Source of the DNA: an uncultured Bacteroidales bacterium
Lineage (GTDB): Bacteria > Bacteroidota > Bacteroidia > Bacteroidales > Bacteroidaceae
Direction of reading: 5' to 3'
DNA length: 64,000 nt
Assembly (NCBI GenBank): GCA_937944365.1
Contig: CALDET010000059.1
Location: 6,555-70,554 of the forward strand
In this document: positions 1-10,399 of the stretch, in pieces
Layout: every line of letters begins with the position of its first letter
Numbering within the stretch: the first letter of the stretch is position 1
Program-made: the position numbers and the translations under genes
Notes under the pieces: generated by a model
Databases searched by the model: none
What the model saw: only the letters and a program-made list of their open reading frames with translations
What the model was told of the DNA's origin: nothing

Positions 1-1
1 T

Positions 2-415
2 GTGGAAGGAAACAATGAGGAGTCGCTTCACCTTGTGACGGACCTGGCGCGCAGCATATCGGAACATGTGGAGAAACTGGACGGCGACAAGCGCCGCTAC
101 CTGCATCTGTCGGCGGTCTTTGCCTGCAATTTTGTCAATCATTGCTATGCTATTGCGGCCGATATACTGGAACAACAGGGGCTGGATGCCCGTGTGCTGC
201 AACCGCTCATGGCGGAGACCGCGGCAAAGGTCAAGGACATGACGCCCCGCGAGGCGCAGACGGGGCCGGCGGTACGGTTTGATCAGAAAGTGATGTCGGC
301 ACATGAGAAAATGTTGGACGGCAATGCGTCGCGGGCGGCCATTTACAAGTTGATGAGCAGCAGCATCCATGATTTTTACCGGAACAAAGAAAAAGAAGAC
401 CATGATAAACTATGA
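2..415 (+). CDS. Rossmann-like/DUF2520 domain protein (C-terminal part, truncated by window start)
   Basis: [14 protein letters not shown] and QTGPAVRFD motifs typical of DUF2520; directly upstream of kdsC and maf. Confidence 0.8.
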   Translation: MEGNNEESLHLVTDLARSISEHVEKLDGDKRRYLHLSAVFACNFVNHCYAIAADILEQQGLDARVLQPLMAETAAKVKDMTPREAQTGPAVRFDQKVMSAHEKMLDGNASRAAIYKLMSSSIHDFYRNKEKEDHDKL

Positions 416-923
416 CCTGAAAAAGATAAAGGCCTTGGCCTTTGACGTGGACGGTGTGTTGAGCACGGGCAATGTGGTGCTTTTGGAGCATGGAGAGCAG
501 CCTTGCCGCACGGCTAATATCAAGGACGGGTATGCTTTGCAGCTCGCCGTCAAGCGCGGTTTGCAGGTAGCCATCATTACGGGCGGCCGCAGCGAGGCCG
601 TGCGCCGACGGTATGTAGGGCTGGGCATCCAGAATGTCTTTATGGGCGTTTCGGTCAAGCTCGAATGTTTCCGCGACTGGCTGGACGAGAGCGGTCTGAA
701 GGCCGAAGAAGTGCTCTATATGGGTGATGACATTCCCGACTACGAAGTGATGGCGGCTTGCGGCTGTCCTTGTTGCCCCTCTGATGCCGCTCCCGAGATA
801 AAGCATATTGCCTGTTACGTGAGTGACAGCAGGGGAGGGGAAGGTTGCGCGCGCGATGTCATCGAACAAGTGCTCAAGGCGCAGGGACTATGGATGTCGG
901 ACGCCGTGGCCTTTGGCTGGTAG
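402..923 (+). CDS. kdsC: KDO 8-phosphate phosphatase (HAD, KdsC/YrbI family)
   Basis: FDVDGVL HAD motif [30 protein letters not shown] at 402 preferred over 369. Confidence 0.9.
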   Translation: MINYDLKKIKALAFDVDGVLSTGNVVLLEHGEQPCRTANIKDGYALQLAVKRGLQVAIITGGRSEAVRRRYVGLGIQNVFMGVSVKLECFRDWLDESGLKAEEVLYMGDDIPDYEVMAACGCPCCPSDAAPEIKHIACYVSDSRGGEGCARDVIEQVLKAQGLWMSDAVAFGW

Positions 924-993
924 TGTGTGATGATAGGTCTCCCCGGCGGCATGGCTGCATGTGGAGACGGTTAAATGTAATAAACGATGTAAT

Positions 994-1581
994 ATGAGAG
1001 TACTCGAAAATCTGAACAAATATAAAGTGGTGCTGGCCAGTAATTCCCCGCGTCGCAAAGAACTGCTTCAACGTCTCGGAGTGAATTTCAGAATCCGCAC
1101 GTTGCTGGGAGTGGACGAGAGCTATCCGGACACACTGTGCGGGGAAGAGGTGGCGCGCTACATTTCCAACAAGAAAGCCGAGGCATATAAGGCCTCGATG
1201 GGGCCGGACGAACTGCTGATAACGGCGGATACGATAGTCTGTCTTGACGGGAGCGTATTGGGAAAACCGTATGACGAACAAGGTGCCCGGGACATGCTGG
1301 CGAGGTTGTCCGGACGTACGCATCAGGTGGTGACGGGTGTCACGGTAATGACGGAGAACCGCAAGGAATCCTTCTCCGTAACCAGCCATGTCACGTTTGC
1401 GCGGCTGACGAAGGACGAGATAGACTATTATGTGGACAATTATCTGCCTTTCGACAAAGCCGGTTCCTATGGCATCCAGGAGTGGATAGGACTGGTGGCC
1501 GTCGAAGAACTGCGTGGCAGCTTCTTCAACGTGATGGGACTGCCCGTGCAGCGGTTATACAATGTACTGAAATCCTTTTGA
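994..1581 (+). CDS. maf: Maf family nucleoside triphosphate pyrophosphatase
   Basis: LASNSPRRKELL, ITADTIV, LGKP, DKAGSYGIQ, NVMGLP; ATG at 994. Confidence 0.92.
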   Translation: MRVLENLNKYKVVLASNSPRRKELLQRLGVNFRIRTLLGVDESYPDTLCGEEVARYISNKKAEAYKASMGPDELLITADTIVCLDGSVLGKPYDEQGARDMLARLSGRTHQVVTGVTVMTENRKESFSVTSHVTFARLTKDEIDYYVDNYLPFDKAGSYGIQEWIGLVAVEELRGSFFNVMGLPVQRLYNVLKSF

Positions 1582-1615
1582 TGGATACTTCAAAAAAACA
1601 AAAGAGAAAATAAAT

Positions 1616-2104
1616 ATGAAAACACGTGTGTTTATCGGCAGCCTGGCCTTGCTTCTTTCCCTTCCGGCTGTTATTTCATGCTCGGAAGACGATTATACGG
1701 CCTATTCTCCCGAATTTTCTGATATGACGTTTGCTACGCTCGACGGTAAAACGGAGGATTTCCGTGTCGGCGATAAGATTGTGGCCACGGCAGTGCAGAG
1801 CAGGATAGGCAAATATCTGTATAAGGCCTCGTATGAGTGGAGTTCTTCGCCTGCGACGGCTGAGCACAAGCCCCGAAAATCCGCCATTTACGACAATGAC
1901 CCGGTCAATCCTACGGATACGATAGTCTTTACGTCGCCTGCCACTTACACGTTGCAGTTCAAGGGGCGTTATAACATTTCTTCGTCGGAATTTGAACCTC
2001 ATAATTTCACGGTGCGCATACCTGACGGAAAGATTACCTATTCTTCTCCATCGTGGATGTATTTTGACGTGACGATTGAGAAGAAGATTGTTGTGAGAAA
2101 TTAG
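1616..2104 (+). CDS. Hypothetical lipoprotein
   Basis: Hydrophobic N-terminus ending VISC followed by acidic SEDD, the typical Bacteroidetes lipoprotein signal. Confidence 0.7.
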   Translation: MKTRVFIGSLALLLSLPAVISCSEDDYTAYSPEFSDMTFATLDGKTEDFRVGDKIVATAVQSRIGKYLYKASYEWSSSPATAEHKPRKSAIYDNDPVNPTDTIVFTSPATYTLQFKGRYNISSSEFEPHNFTVRIPDGKITYSSPSWMYFDVTIEKKIVVRN

Positions 2105-2151
2105 TTCGGTTTCATTTATATCTAAGCATACCCACTTTAACCTTGAGTCGG

Positions 2152-4638
2152 ATGAAAAGAAATGTTTTGCGTTCGGCTTGTATGTTCCTGTTGATGGTGA
2201 CCGGAACCTTGCAAGCCATGGCTTATTCTAAGATAGGTCTGAGTTTTGTACGGACAGGAACGGATGCTGCCGGCGTATCCGTGCGTGTCGTGGATGAAAA
2301 CGGGCGTGCCATAGAGGGCGCTTCGGCGACGCTCGTCTCCTCGCACGCTTTCAAGGCGACAGGCAATGATTTGACCTCGGGTATCTTGTGTCCGGACGTG
2401 AACGCCAATACTTCCCCGGTGATAGAACTGACGGTGTCTGTTTCCGGCCTGCCTTCTGCCATGGAATTCCGGGAAGCAGGCTTGAAAATGCATGCGTTGA
2501 ATAGTGCCGGAAGTTACCAACAGAACAATGACAACAAAGCAAGACAGTATAATGTGGAACTTCTGCAGGGAGAGACGGCCGCTTCGCTGACCTCCTTTGC
2601 CGTATTGCAGGACATCGATGTGGCGGCAGGAGTAGGCACGTCGGGATACGTATGTATGGCCTGGTCCATGTCAGCATCCGGTGCCGCGGCTACGGTAGGT
2701 TCTACGCTGGTGCTGAAGCTCAGGGTGACCAAAGGCACTGAGAACGGCGGCTGTTTCTTGGGACTGTCGCACATCACACTGGGTGGAACCGACGCTATCG
2801 AACCGTCTGAAACGCCTGAGCCGGTTCCCGGGTTGTCCGGCGTATATAATATAGTGTGGAAGAGCAATACAAACAGTTTTATGTCCGAGGAAGCCGACGG
2901 TTCTGTGGTTGTTGCCGGTTATGATGTCTCGCGCCGTTGCTTCTGGGAGCTGGTTCCTACGGATAAGGACAATTGTTATTATATCAGGAATACGGCTACA
3001 GGCCGCTACATCGGTTCCTGCAATATGACACCCGCATCCGCTTCGAAGGTGAAGACATCTGCTTCGCCCGTCGAGTATTATATCGGGCAGACGGCGGCGA
3101 CGGCGGCGGAGATTGCCGGTTGCTATTGGCTGTCTTCCACCGATTGCGCAGTTTATTCCGAGGAGGCGGAAAGTCCGCGTGCCCTGAATAAGGACGGCGC
3201 ATCGGACAATGTTATTGTCTGGCAGGCCGGTCCGAATAACGGGAACTATAGAGTTGGTTCTTACTGGCGGCTTGTGAAAACCGAAAACCTGTATGAGGTC
3301 CGTCCGTTCCTGTCTTCCGACGAAGTGGGAAAGCCCCGGTATCGGTATGCCGTATCTTCGCCTGAAGGGACAGTGCTGGAGATGGCCGCAGACGGTACGT
3401 TGTCCTGGCAAGCCCCGAATGAAACGGAACAACAAGCCTGGTACTTTGTGGGACAAGGCAATGCCGGTGGCGGTTACAGCATACTTAATGTGAAGTATGA
3501 CAAAGCCGTGTCTGCCGGTGACGAGGAAACTGCAAAATGGTGCGTGTTTGAGAGTGGCGAACAGGCGGATACCTATGTGTTCCGGCCGTTTGAAACGAAA
3601 GAGGATGCTGCAACGAACTTGTCTGTGGGCGGGGTCTTTCAATTAAAATTCCGCTTGTTGCGCAGTGCGTTCGCATTATCGGCGCAAATCTACGAGATGC
3701 CGTGCGGAACTCTTGCCGGACAATATGTGACCAAGGCTTCGGTTTCGGGCGAAGGCGCGTTAGTGCCGATGGCATACCCGCTTCCGGTCATCAGCGGCAA
3801 TGAGGTTATTGCGTCGTCGGCTTCCCGTCCCAGTTCCTGGTACACGCTTTATACGCAGGATAAGGCTACGGTGGCTGCAGGTAAGGATTTCCGACTCCGG
3901 ATAGAGCTGAATGCCGCTCCGGCCAGTGGTCAGACGGCCTATGTCTATTTTGATTGGAACCGTGACGGTGTGTTCGAGACCGCACACCCTCTGACTGTCG
4001 GCCAGAATATGTCCGCGGTGATTGAAGTGCCCGAAAATGCCGGATTGGGCCGTAGCAGGATGCGTTTCCGCCTTACCGACAACGGACAGGACGGACCTGA
4101 AGATGACGTTACAGGACAGATTATCGACTTCATACTGGATGTGACGGAGGATGTGTCGGAAGAATATCCCGTGAAGGTGAGTTCGAATGACGAGACACGA
4201 GGCTCCGCGCTCTTGCAGGACGGGGAAACCGCATCTTCAGCAACGGCCGTGGCTGTTCCCAAAGGCAATGCTTCGTTTGTATGCTGGCGTGAGGGAAAGA
4301 AAATAGTATCCGTGGATGCTACATATACTTTTGCGCGCGACCACGTCATAGACCTTGTCGCTTTCTTCTCACCCAATACCGACTTGACCCCTGTCGGGGT
4401 GGAGGCTGCGCCTTCTACGGAACGGAATGTGCTGATAGAGGTATCGGCGGAAAGCAGGGAAATCAAAGTAAAGACTTCCGCCAGGTTGAAGAAAGTACAG
4501 CTCTTCTCGCCGGACGGCGCATTGGTTGCCGATTCAAAGTCTGATGTGCTGAGTACGAAGCATCTCCATAAAGGTATCTATATAGTAAAGGTGGTTACCG
4601 ATGTGGAAGACGCGGCTGCAAAAGTGATAGTGAAATAA
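2152..4638 (+). CDS. Secreted multidomain protein with GEVED-like domain and T9SS-type C-terminal sorting domain
   Basis: Signal peptide; YFDWNRDGVF...RMRFRL...GQIIDF resembles GEVED; C-terminal KGIYIVKV...AKVIVK; possible beta-trefoil repeats in the middle. Confidence 0.7.
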   Translation: MKRNVLRSACMFLLMVTGTLQAMAYSKIGLSFVRTGTDAAGVSVRVVDENGRAIEGASATLVSSHAFKATGNDLTSGILCPDVNANTSPVIELTVSVSGLPSAMEFREAGLKMHALNSAGSYQQNNDNKARQYNVELLQGETAASLTSFAVLQDIDVAAGVGTSGYVCMAWSMSASGAAATVGSTLVLKLRVTKGTENGGCFLGLSHITLGGTDAIEPSETPEPVPGLSGVYNIVWKSNTNSFMSEEADGSVVVAGYDVSRRCFWELVPTDKDNCYYIRNTATGRYIGSCNMTPASASKVKTSASPVEYYIGQTAATAAEIAGCYWLSSTDCAVYSEEAESPRALNKDGASDNVIVWQAGPNNGNYRVGSYWRLVKTENLYEVRPFLSSDEVGKPRYRYAVSSPEGTVLEMAADGTLSWQAPNETEQQAWYFVGQGNAGGGYSILNVKYDKAVSAGDEETAKWCVFESGEQADTYVFRPFETKEDAATNLSVGGVFQLKFRLLRSAFALSAQIYEMPCGTLAGQYVTKASVSGEGALVPMAYPLPVISGNEVIASSASRPSSWYTLYTQDKATVAAGKDFRLRIELNAAPASGQTAYVYFDWNRDGVFETAHPLTVGQNMSAVIEVPENAGLGRSRMRFRLTDNGQDGPEDDVTGQIIDFILDVTEDVSEEYPVKVSSNDETRGSALLQDGETASSATAVAVPKGNASFVCWREGKKIVSVDATYTFARDHVIDLVAFFSPNTDLTPVGVEAAPSTERNVLIEVSAESREIKVKTSARLKKVQLFSPDGALVADSKSDVLSTKHLHKGIYIVKVVTDVEDAAAKVIVK

Positions 4639-4663
4639 GAAATCATATAAAAGCGATATAGAT

Positions 4664-6175
4664 ATGAACAAGAAAATAGTGTTCTGTGGATTGGGTGTAT
4701 TTTCGGCTTTGGGCGCAGGAGCACAAGGCAAGCCCAATATTATATATATAATGTGTGACGACATGGGATATGGAGATCTTGGCTGTTACGGGCAGCAGTA
4801 TATTTCCACGCCTAACATCGACCGTCTGGCCTCTGAGGGTATGCGCTTCACCCAGGCTTATGCCGGTTCGCCTGTGTCGGCACCGTCGCGTGCCTGCTTC
4901 ATGACGGGACAGCATTCCGGGCATACCCATGTTCGCGGCAACAAGGAATATTGGCCGGGAACCCAGCAGGCCAACGCTTACGGCAACAATACCGAATATT
5001 CCCGCGTGGGACAGGAACCTTATGCAACGGATCACATCATTATCCCCGAGATAATGAAACGGAACGGCTATACAACCGGTATGTTCGGTAAGTGGGCCGG
5101 AGGTTATGAGGGGTCTGTGTCTACGCCGGACAAGCGTGGTATAGACGAATACTATGGTTTCATCTGCCAGTTTCAGGCTCATTTGTATTATCCCAATTTC
5201 CTGAATGAGTACAGCCGTTCCGCCGGCGACGAAGGAGTACATCGCGTCACCTTGGAGCAGAATATACAGCACCCCATGTTCGGTGAAGGTTACAGGGAAC
5301 GGGCCCAGTATTCCGCGGATCTCATCCATGAGAAGGCAATGGCCTGGCTCGACAAACAAAGCAAGGACCAGCCTTTCTTAGGTATCTTTACCTACACCTT
5401 GCCTCATGCTGAGTTGGTACAACCCGAGGACTCCATCCTGCTGGCCTATAAGAATCATTTCTGCCAAGAGAAGGTATTTGGCGGCGATCAAGGTTCACGT
5501 TACAATCCCACCCAATACGGACACGCCGAGTTCGCGGCCATGATAACGCGTCTGGACATGCAGGTGGGCGAGATTATGGCGAAGTTGGAAGAGAAAGGGC
5601 TTGCAGACAACACCGTCCTTATCTTCACCTCTGACAACGGGCCTCATGAGGAAGGCGGTGCCGACCCTGATTTCTTCAACCGCGACGGTCTGTTGCAGGG
5701 AAAGAAGCGTAGTACTTACGAAGGTGGCATCCGCATTCCGTTTATTGTGCGCTGGCCGGGCAAAGTCAAGGCAGGTACGACGAACGACCACCAGCTGGCT
5801 TTCTATGACATCATGCCTACGTTCTGCGACATGGCCGGTATAGACAACTACGTTGAGAAATACAGCAACAAGTCATTGGCCAACGATTATTTTGACGGCA
5901 TATCCTTCTATCCGACCCTGACCGGCGAAGGCGAGCAACAGGAACACGAATACCTGTATTGGGAGTTCCATGAAACAGATATGCTTGGCGTGCGCATGGG
6001 CAACTGGAAACTTGTCGTGCAAAGGGGAAATTGCAGACTCTACGACTTGGCTAACGACATTCATGAGGACAATAACGTGGCAGCCCAATATCCCGAAATC
6101 GTACAACAGATGAAAGACATCATCAAGCGGGAACATACGGACAGCAGTCTCTTCCGTGTGACCATCCCTGAGTGA
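4664..6175 (+). CDS. Arylsulfatase (formylglycine-dependent S1 sulfatase, Ser-type)
   Basis: PNIIYIMCDDMGYGD, SAPSRACFMTG (S-x-P-x-R), GKW, FTSDNG, YEGGIRIP. Confidence 0.92.
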   Translation: MNKKIVFCGLGVFSALGAGAQGKPNIIYIMCDDMGYGDLGCYGQQYISTPNIDRLASEGMRFTQAYAGSPVSAPSRACFMTGQHSGHTHVRGNKEYWPGTQQANAYGNNTEYSRVGQEPYATDHIIIPEIMKRNGYTTGMFGKWAGGYEGSVSTPDKRGIDEYYGFICQFQAHLYYPNFLNEYSRSAGDEGVHRVTLEQNIQHPMFGEGYRERAQYSADLIHEKAMAWLDKQSKDQPFLGIFTYTLPHAELVQPEDSILLAYKNHFCQEKVFGGDQGSRYNPTQYGHAEFAAMITRLDMQVGEIMAKLEEKGLADNTVLIFTSDNGPHEEGGADPDFFNRDGLLQGKKRSTYEGGIRIPFIVRWPGKVKAGTTNDHQLAFYDIMPTFCDMAGIDNYVEKYSNKSLANDYFDGISFYPTLTGEGEQQEHEYLYWEFHETDMLGVRMGNWKLVVQRGNCRLYDLANDIHEDNNVAAQYPEIVQQMKDIIKREHTDSSLFRVTIPE

Positions 6176-6396
6176 TGTAGAGGCTTTTGTCCTTTAGCTA
6201 TAGTGCAGTCTCTCCGTTCTACTTTGCAGAAATGCGGGTGGACGGAGAGATTCATTTCGGTCCGGCACGTCTGTCAGCCATCCCTTTCTTTTTTCTACCG
6301 TTATTGTGGTTTGTAAAGGCAACAATCGTGCCCGATATTCCGTGAAATCCGGATTTATCGCTAATTTTGCACTCCAAACCGAACTACTTTTTTATT

Positions 6397-7203
6397 ATGC
6401 ATACACGTGAGGAAAAACTGGAAGCCTTCGGCCGTTTCATAGACGTGCTCGACGAGTTGCGGGTGAAGTGCCCGTGGGACCGCAAACAGACCAATGAGAG
6501 TTTACGTCCCAATACGATAGAAGAAACCTATGAATTGTGCGATGCCTTGATGGCCGGTGACAACAAGAACATCTGCAAGGAGTTGGGCGATGTCCTGTTG
6601 CATGTCTGCTTTTATGCCAAGATAGCGGACGAGAAGGGCGAGTTCGATATAGCCGACGTATGCGACAAATTGTGCGAGAAGCTGATATTCCGCCACCCGC
6701 ATGTATTTCCGCCGGCGGAATCCGAGGCAAAGAGCGATGTAACCACGTCCGGGCAGGTCATAGAACAATGGGAAATGCTCAAACAGAAGGAAAAAGACGG
6801 CAATCGTTCGGTTCTTTCGGGCGTACCCGCCGCATTGCCTTCGCTTATCAAGGCATACCGCATTCAGGATAAGGCACGTAATGTCGGTTTCGACTGGGAA
6901 GACCGTTCGCAGGTCTGGGACAAGGTCAAGGAAGAGATTTCCGAGTTCGAGGCAGAGGTGGAAACGATGGATAAGGACAAGGCCGAGGCCGAGTTCGGCG
7001 ATGTCATGTTCAGTTTGATCAATGCCGCCCGTCTCTACAAGATAAATCCCGACAACGCATTGGAGCGGACGAATCGGAAGTTTATTCGTCGTTTCGGCTA
7101 TCTTGAAGAAAAGACACTGAAGCAGGGGCGTTCGCTCAAGGACATGACGCTTGAGGAGATGGATGCTATCTGGGACGAGGCCAAGCAACTCGAGAAAGAA
7201 TAA
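6397..7203 (+). CDS. mazG: Nucleoside triphosphate pyrophosphohydrolase MazG
   Basis: CPWDRKQT, IEETYEL, ELGDVLLH, RHPHVF, GFDW, EFGDVMF; TAATTTTG promoter at 6362-6369. Confidence 0.93.
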   Translation: MHTREEKLEAFGRFIDVLDELRVKCPWDRKQTNESLRPNTIEETYELCDALMAGDNKNICKELGDVLLHVCFYAKIADEKGEFDIADVCDKLCEKLIFRHPHVFPPAESEAKSDVTTSGQVIEQWEMLKQKEKDGNRSVLSGVPAALPSLIKAYRIQDKARNVGFDWEDRSQVWDKVKEEISEFEAEVETMDKDKAEAEFGDVMFSLINAARLYKINPDNALERTNRKFIRRFGYLEEKTLKQGRSLKDMTLEEMDAIWDEAKQLEKE

Positions 7204-7317
7204 CTTTGCCGCTCTTGTCCGGGCGTTCCCGGAGGATGAACCAACCGGCCCGTCGGGAAAAGAAGCATTGCAGGCTTTGAGCCCGATGAGTCATATCAGT
7301 AGTATTGTCTGGTCCGG

Positions 7318-8238
7318 ATGTACCATATACTTGCCATACTTACCGTTTGTCTGTGGGGCACAACATTTGTCTCTACAAAGGTTTTGCTGATGGAAGGCCT
7401 TAGTCCCTCCACTATTTTCTTCCTGCGTTTTCTGCTGGCCTATGCGGGTATGGCAGCGGTGTGCCACAAACGCTGGTTCACAGGTTCGTGGCGTGACGAA
7501 GTCCTGATGTTTGTCGCCGGACTGACAGGCGGTTCGTTATATTTTGTTTCGGAAAACACGGCGCTTGAATACGCTTTGGCCGGCAATGTCTCGCTTGTCG
7601 TTTGCCTTGCCCCGTTGCTGACGATTCTTTTCGACGGGGCAGTGCACCGCAATTTCCGTTCTTTTTCCGTCAGGATGCTGTCCGGCTCGCTGCTGGCCTT
7701 TGTCGGCGTGTCGTTGATTGTCGGTGCAGAGCCTTCTACCGCAGCGGCCAGCCGCCCCTTTCTTGGCGGTGTGCTCGCGTTTGCGGCGGCTGCGCTCTGG
7801 GCGGTGTACCAATTGATTGTAAAACCTTTGGGCGACCGTTACGGCGCTTTGATGCTGACGCGCAAAGTCTTCGGTTATGGCCTCCTGTCGCTCCTGTTCT
7901 TTCAATTCACCGGCCATTCAGTACTGCCGGCCGACGTGGAAATCCTTCTGAGACCGACGGTATGGGGAAATTTGCTCTATCTCGGCATCGTCGCGTCGTG
8001 GATATGCTATTTTGTGTGGAACAAAGTGGTGGCCGAGTTGGGTTCAGTCGTGTCGGCCAACTACATCTACCTGAATCCGCTTACCACCTGCCTGTTCTCT
8101 TATGTGTTCCTTGACGAACGTCTGTCCGCACTGATGGTTTTTGGCGGCGCGGCCATCTTGTCCGGCATCTATTTAGCGGCCGGTGCGCCTGTCAGAGGTC
8201 TGTCGCGCAAGCGGAAAAAATGCTTTCCGTCATCTTGA
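7318..8238 (+). CDS. DMT/EamA family transporter
   Basis: About 10 hydrophobic helices in two EamA repeats (WGTTFV..K; YLNPL). Confidence 0.85.
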   Translation: MYHILAILTVCLWGTTFVSTKVLLMEGLSPSTIFFLRFLLAYAGMAAVCHKRWFTGSWRDEVLMFVAGLTGGSLYFVSENTALEYALAGNVSLVVCLAPLLTILFDGAVHRNFRSFSVRMLSGSLLAFVGVSLIVGAEPSTAAASRPFLGGVLAFAAAALWAVYQLIVKPLGDRYGALMLTRKVFGYGLLSLLFFQFTGHSVLPADVEILLRPTVWGNLLYLGIVASWICYFVWNKVVAELGSVVSANYIYLNPLTTCLFSYVFLDERLSALMVFGGAAILSGIYLAAGAPVRGLSRKRKKCFPSS

Positions 8239-8437
8239 ACTTCCGCCGGTACGTATTTCTTTCCTTCCTGTCTTTGGGAAAAATCCGGAATGATACCGGA
8301 TTCCGGCCGTGAAGACGGTTCCCGGCTTTCTTGCAAGTCATGCGGGAATAACGGATACCCGTTCCATTACGAATTGATTTGTTCGTCTGTTCCGTAGTTT
8401 ATGCGTATCTTTGTCCACGAAGTCAAGTAAAGGAGCG

Positions 8438-10369
8438 ATGATAGACAGAAGTACGATACAGCGCGTAATGGATGCCGCCGACATAGTAGATGTGGTGAAG
8501 GAGTTCGTCACCTTGCGCAAGGCCGGTGTCAATTACAAGGGCCTCTGTCCTTTCCACGACGAAAAAACGCCGAGTTTCGTTGTTTCTCCCTCGAAGCAAT
8601 TGTGCAAATGTTTCTCCTGCGGAAAAGGAGGCAACGTGGTCCATTTCATTATGGAGCATGAACAGATGACCTATCCCGAGGCCATAAAATGGTTAGGCCG
8701 GAAATATGGCATCGAAGTTCAGGACAAGGAACAGACGGCCGAAGAAAAGGCCGCCGAGACCACTCGTGAGAGCATGTTCGTGCTGAATGAGTGGGCGCGC
8801 GACTATTTCACGGACCTGCTCCGCAATCATCCCGACGGCGTGGCCATAGGTATGGCGTATTTCCGCCGGCGCGGTTTCAGGGATGACATCATCCGCAAGT
8901 TCCAGCTGGGATATGCGCTGCCCGAGCGCGAGGCTTTGGCACGGGCGGCGGTGGCAAAGGGTTACAATCCCGAGTACCTCGAAAAGACAGGATTGTGCTA
9001 TCGTACGCAAGAAGGGCGTTTGTTGGACCGCTACCACGGGCGTGTCATTTTTCCCGTACATACTGTTTCCGGCAAGGTCGTGGCTTTTGGCGGCCGTGTC
9101 CTTTCCACCGACGGGAAGGTGGCCAAATACGTGAACTCTCCTGAATCGGAAATCTACAGCAAGAGCAATGAACTTTACGGTTTGTACTTTGCCAAACATG
9201 CCATAGTCAAGCAAAACCGCTGCTTCCTGGTGGAAGGTTACACCGATGTCATGTCCATGCACCAGAGTGGCATAGAAAATGTCATCGCTTCGAGCGGAAC
9301 TTCACTCACCGAAGGGCAAATACGACTGATTCACAGGTTTACCAATAACATCACCGTGCTTTACGACGGTGACAGCGCGGGCATCAAGGCCAGTCTGCGA
9401 GGCATCGACATGCTGCTGGCTGAAGGGATGAACGTGAAAGTCCTGCTGTTGCCCGACGGTGACGACCCCGACAGTTTCGCCCGGAAGCACAGTGCATCCG
9501 ATTACCAGGCTTATATCGACTCGCACCAGACGGATTTCATCCGCTTCAAGACCGATTTGCTGCTCTCGGGTGCGGGTAATGACCCGATAAAGCGGGCCGC
9601 CCTCATCCAGGAGGTGGTGAAGAGCATCTCGGTCATCCCCGACAAAATCATCCGCCAGATGTATGTGCGCGAGAGTGCCGAGATGCTGGAGGTCAGCGAG
9701 CAGTTGCTGATTGGCGAGATTGCCAAACTGCACCGTGAATCACGGCATACGCACGAGACAAAGGAGGAAGAGGAGAAAAAAGAAGAAGCCCCGGCACTGC
9801 CGGACACCTTTATGCCCAAGGCCTGCAAGGAGGAGGAATTGCTTGTGCGTGCGGTCATCCGCTATGGCAATATGCCGATGCCCGGCAGCGGGGAGGGCGG
9901 TGAAGACATGTCGCATCCCCTGTCCGTTTCGGAGTATATCGCCGCAGATTTGGCCGCGGACGGACTGCAGGTGCATACGCCGCTTTACAAAAGAATCCTT
10001 GAAGAAGCCTGTACGGAACGGGCACGCTCCGCCGAATCCGCCTTTTCCTATTTCCTTGCCCATCCCGACCCGGAAATCAGCCGCCTGGCAGCCGACCTGG
10101 GCGAGGACCGCTATGTTCTATGCGAGAGCCAGCGGCAGGGATATATACCGGAGGAAGACCGTCTTCACGAGCTAATCCCCCGTTTGCTTCACGATTTCAA
10201 GAACAGCCTGGTCCGTCAGGAAATGAAAGCCTTGCTCGATCAACTGAAACAGCCGGGCGTGACCGATGACATGCAGCGTTATCTGGAAATCATGAACCGT
10301 TACAAAAAACTTTCGGAAGTGGAGCGTATGCTGGCCCAGGTGCTGGGCGAGCGGGTCGTGACCCTCTGA
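8438..10369 (+). CDS. dnaG: DNA primase
   Basis: CPFHDEKTPSF...CFSC zinc finger, FGGR, KYVNSPE, VEGYTDV, YDGDSAG TOPRIM, DPD; TATCTTTG promoter at 8406-8413. Confidence 0.96.
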   Translation: MIDRSTIQRVMDAADIVDVVKEFVTLRKAGVNYKGLCPFHDEKTPSFVVSPSKQLCKCFSCGKGGNVVHFIMEHEQMTYPEAIKWLGRKYGIEVQDKEQTAEEKAAETTRESMFVLNEWARDYFTDLLRNHPDGVAIGMAYFRRRGFRDDIIRKFQLGYALPEREALARAAVAKGYNPEYLEKTGLCYRTQEGRLLDRYHGRVIFPVHTVSGKVVAFGGRVLSTDGKVAKYVNSPESEIYSKSNELYGLYFAKHAIVKQNRCFLVEGYTDVMSMHQSGIENVIASSGTSLTEGQIRLIHRFTNNITVLYDGDSAGIKASLRGIDMLLAEGMNVKVLLLPDGDDPDSFARKHSASDYQAYIDSHQTDFIRFKTDLLLSGAGNDPIKRAALIQEVVKSISVIPDKIIRQMYVRESAEMLEVSEQLLIGEIAKLHRESRHTHETKEEEEKKEEAPALPDTFMPKACKEEELLVRAVIRYGNMPMPGSGEGGEDMSHPLSVSEYIAADLAADGLQVHTPLYKRILEEACTERARSAESAFSYFLAHPDPEISRLAADLGEDRYVLCESQRQGYIPEEDRLHELIPRLLHDFKNSLVRQEMKALLDQLKQPGVTDDMQRYLEIMNRYKKLSEVERMLAQVLGERVVTL

Positions 10370-10399
10370 CGTTCCATCAGCCATGTAAGAATTTCGATT

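Noticed and set aside
6208..6252. Inverted repeat TCTCTCCGTTC...GGACGGAGAGA after the sulfatase
   Set aside because: Single copy with a large loop; most simply an ordinary 3' stem or terminator
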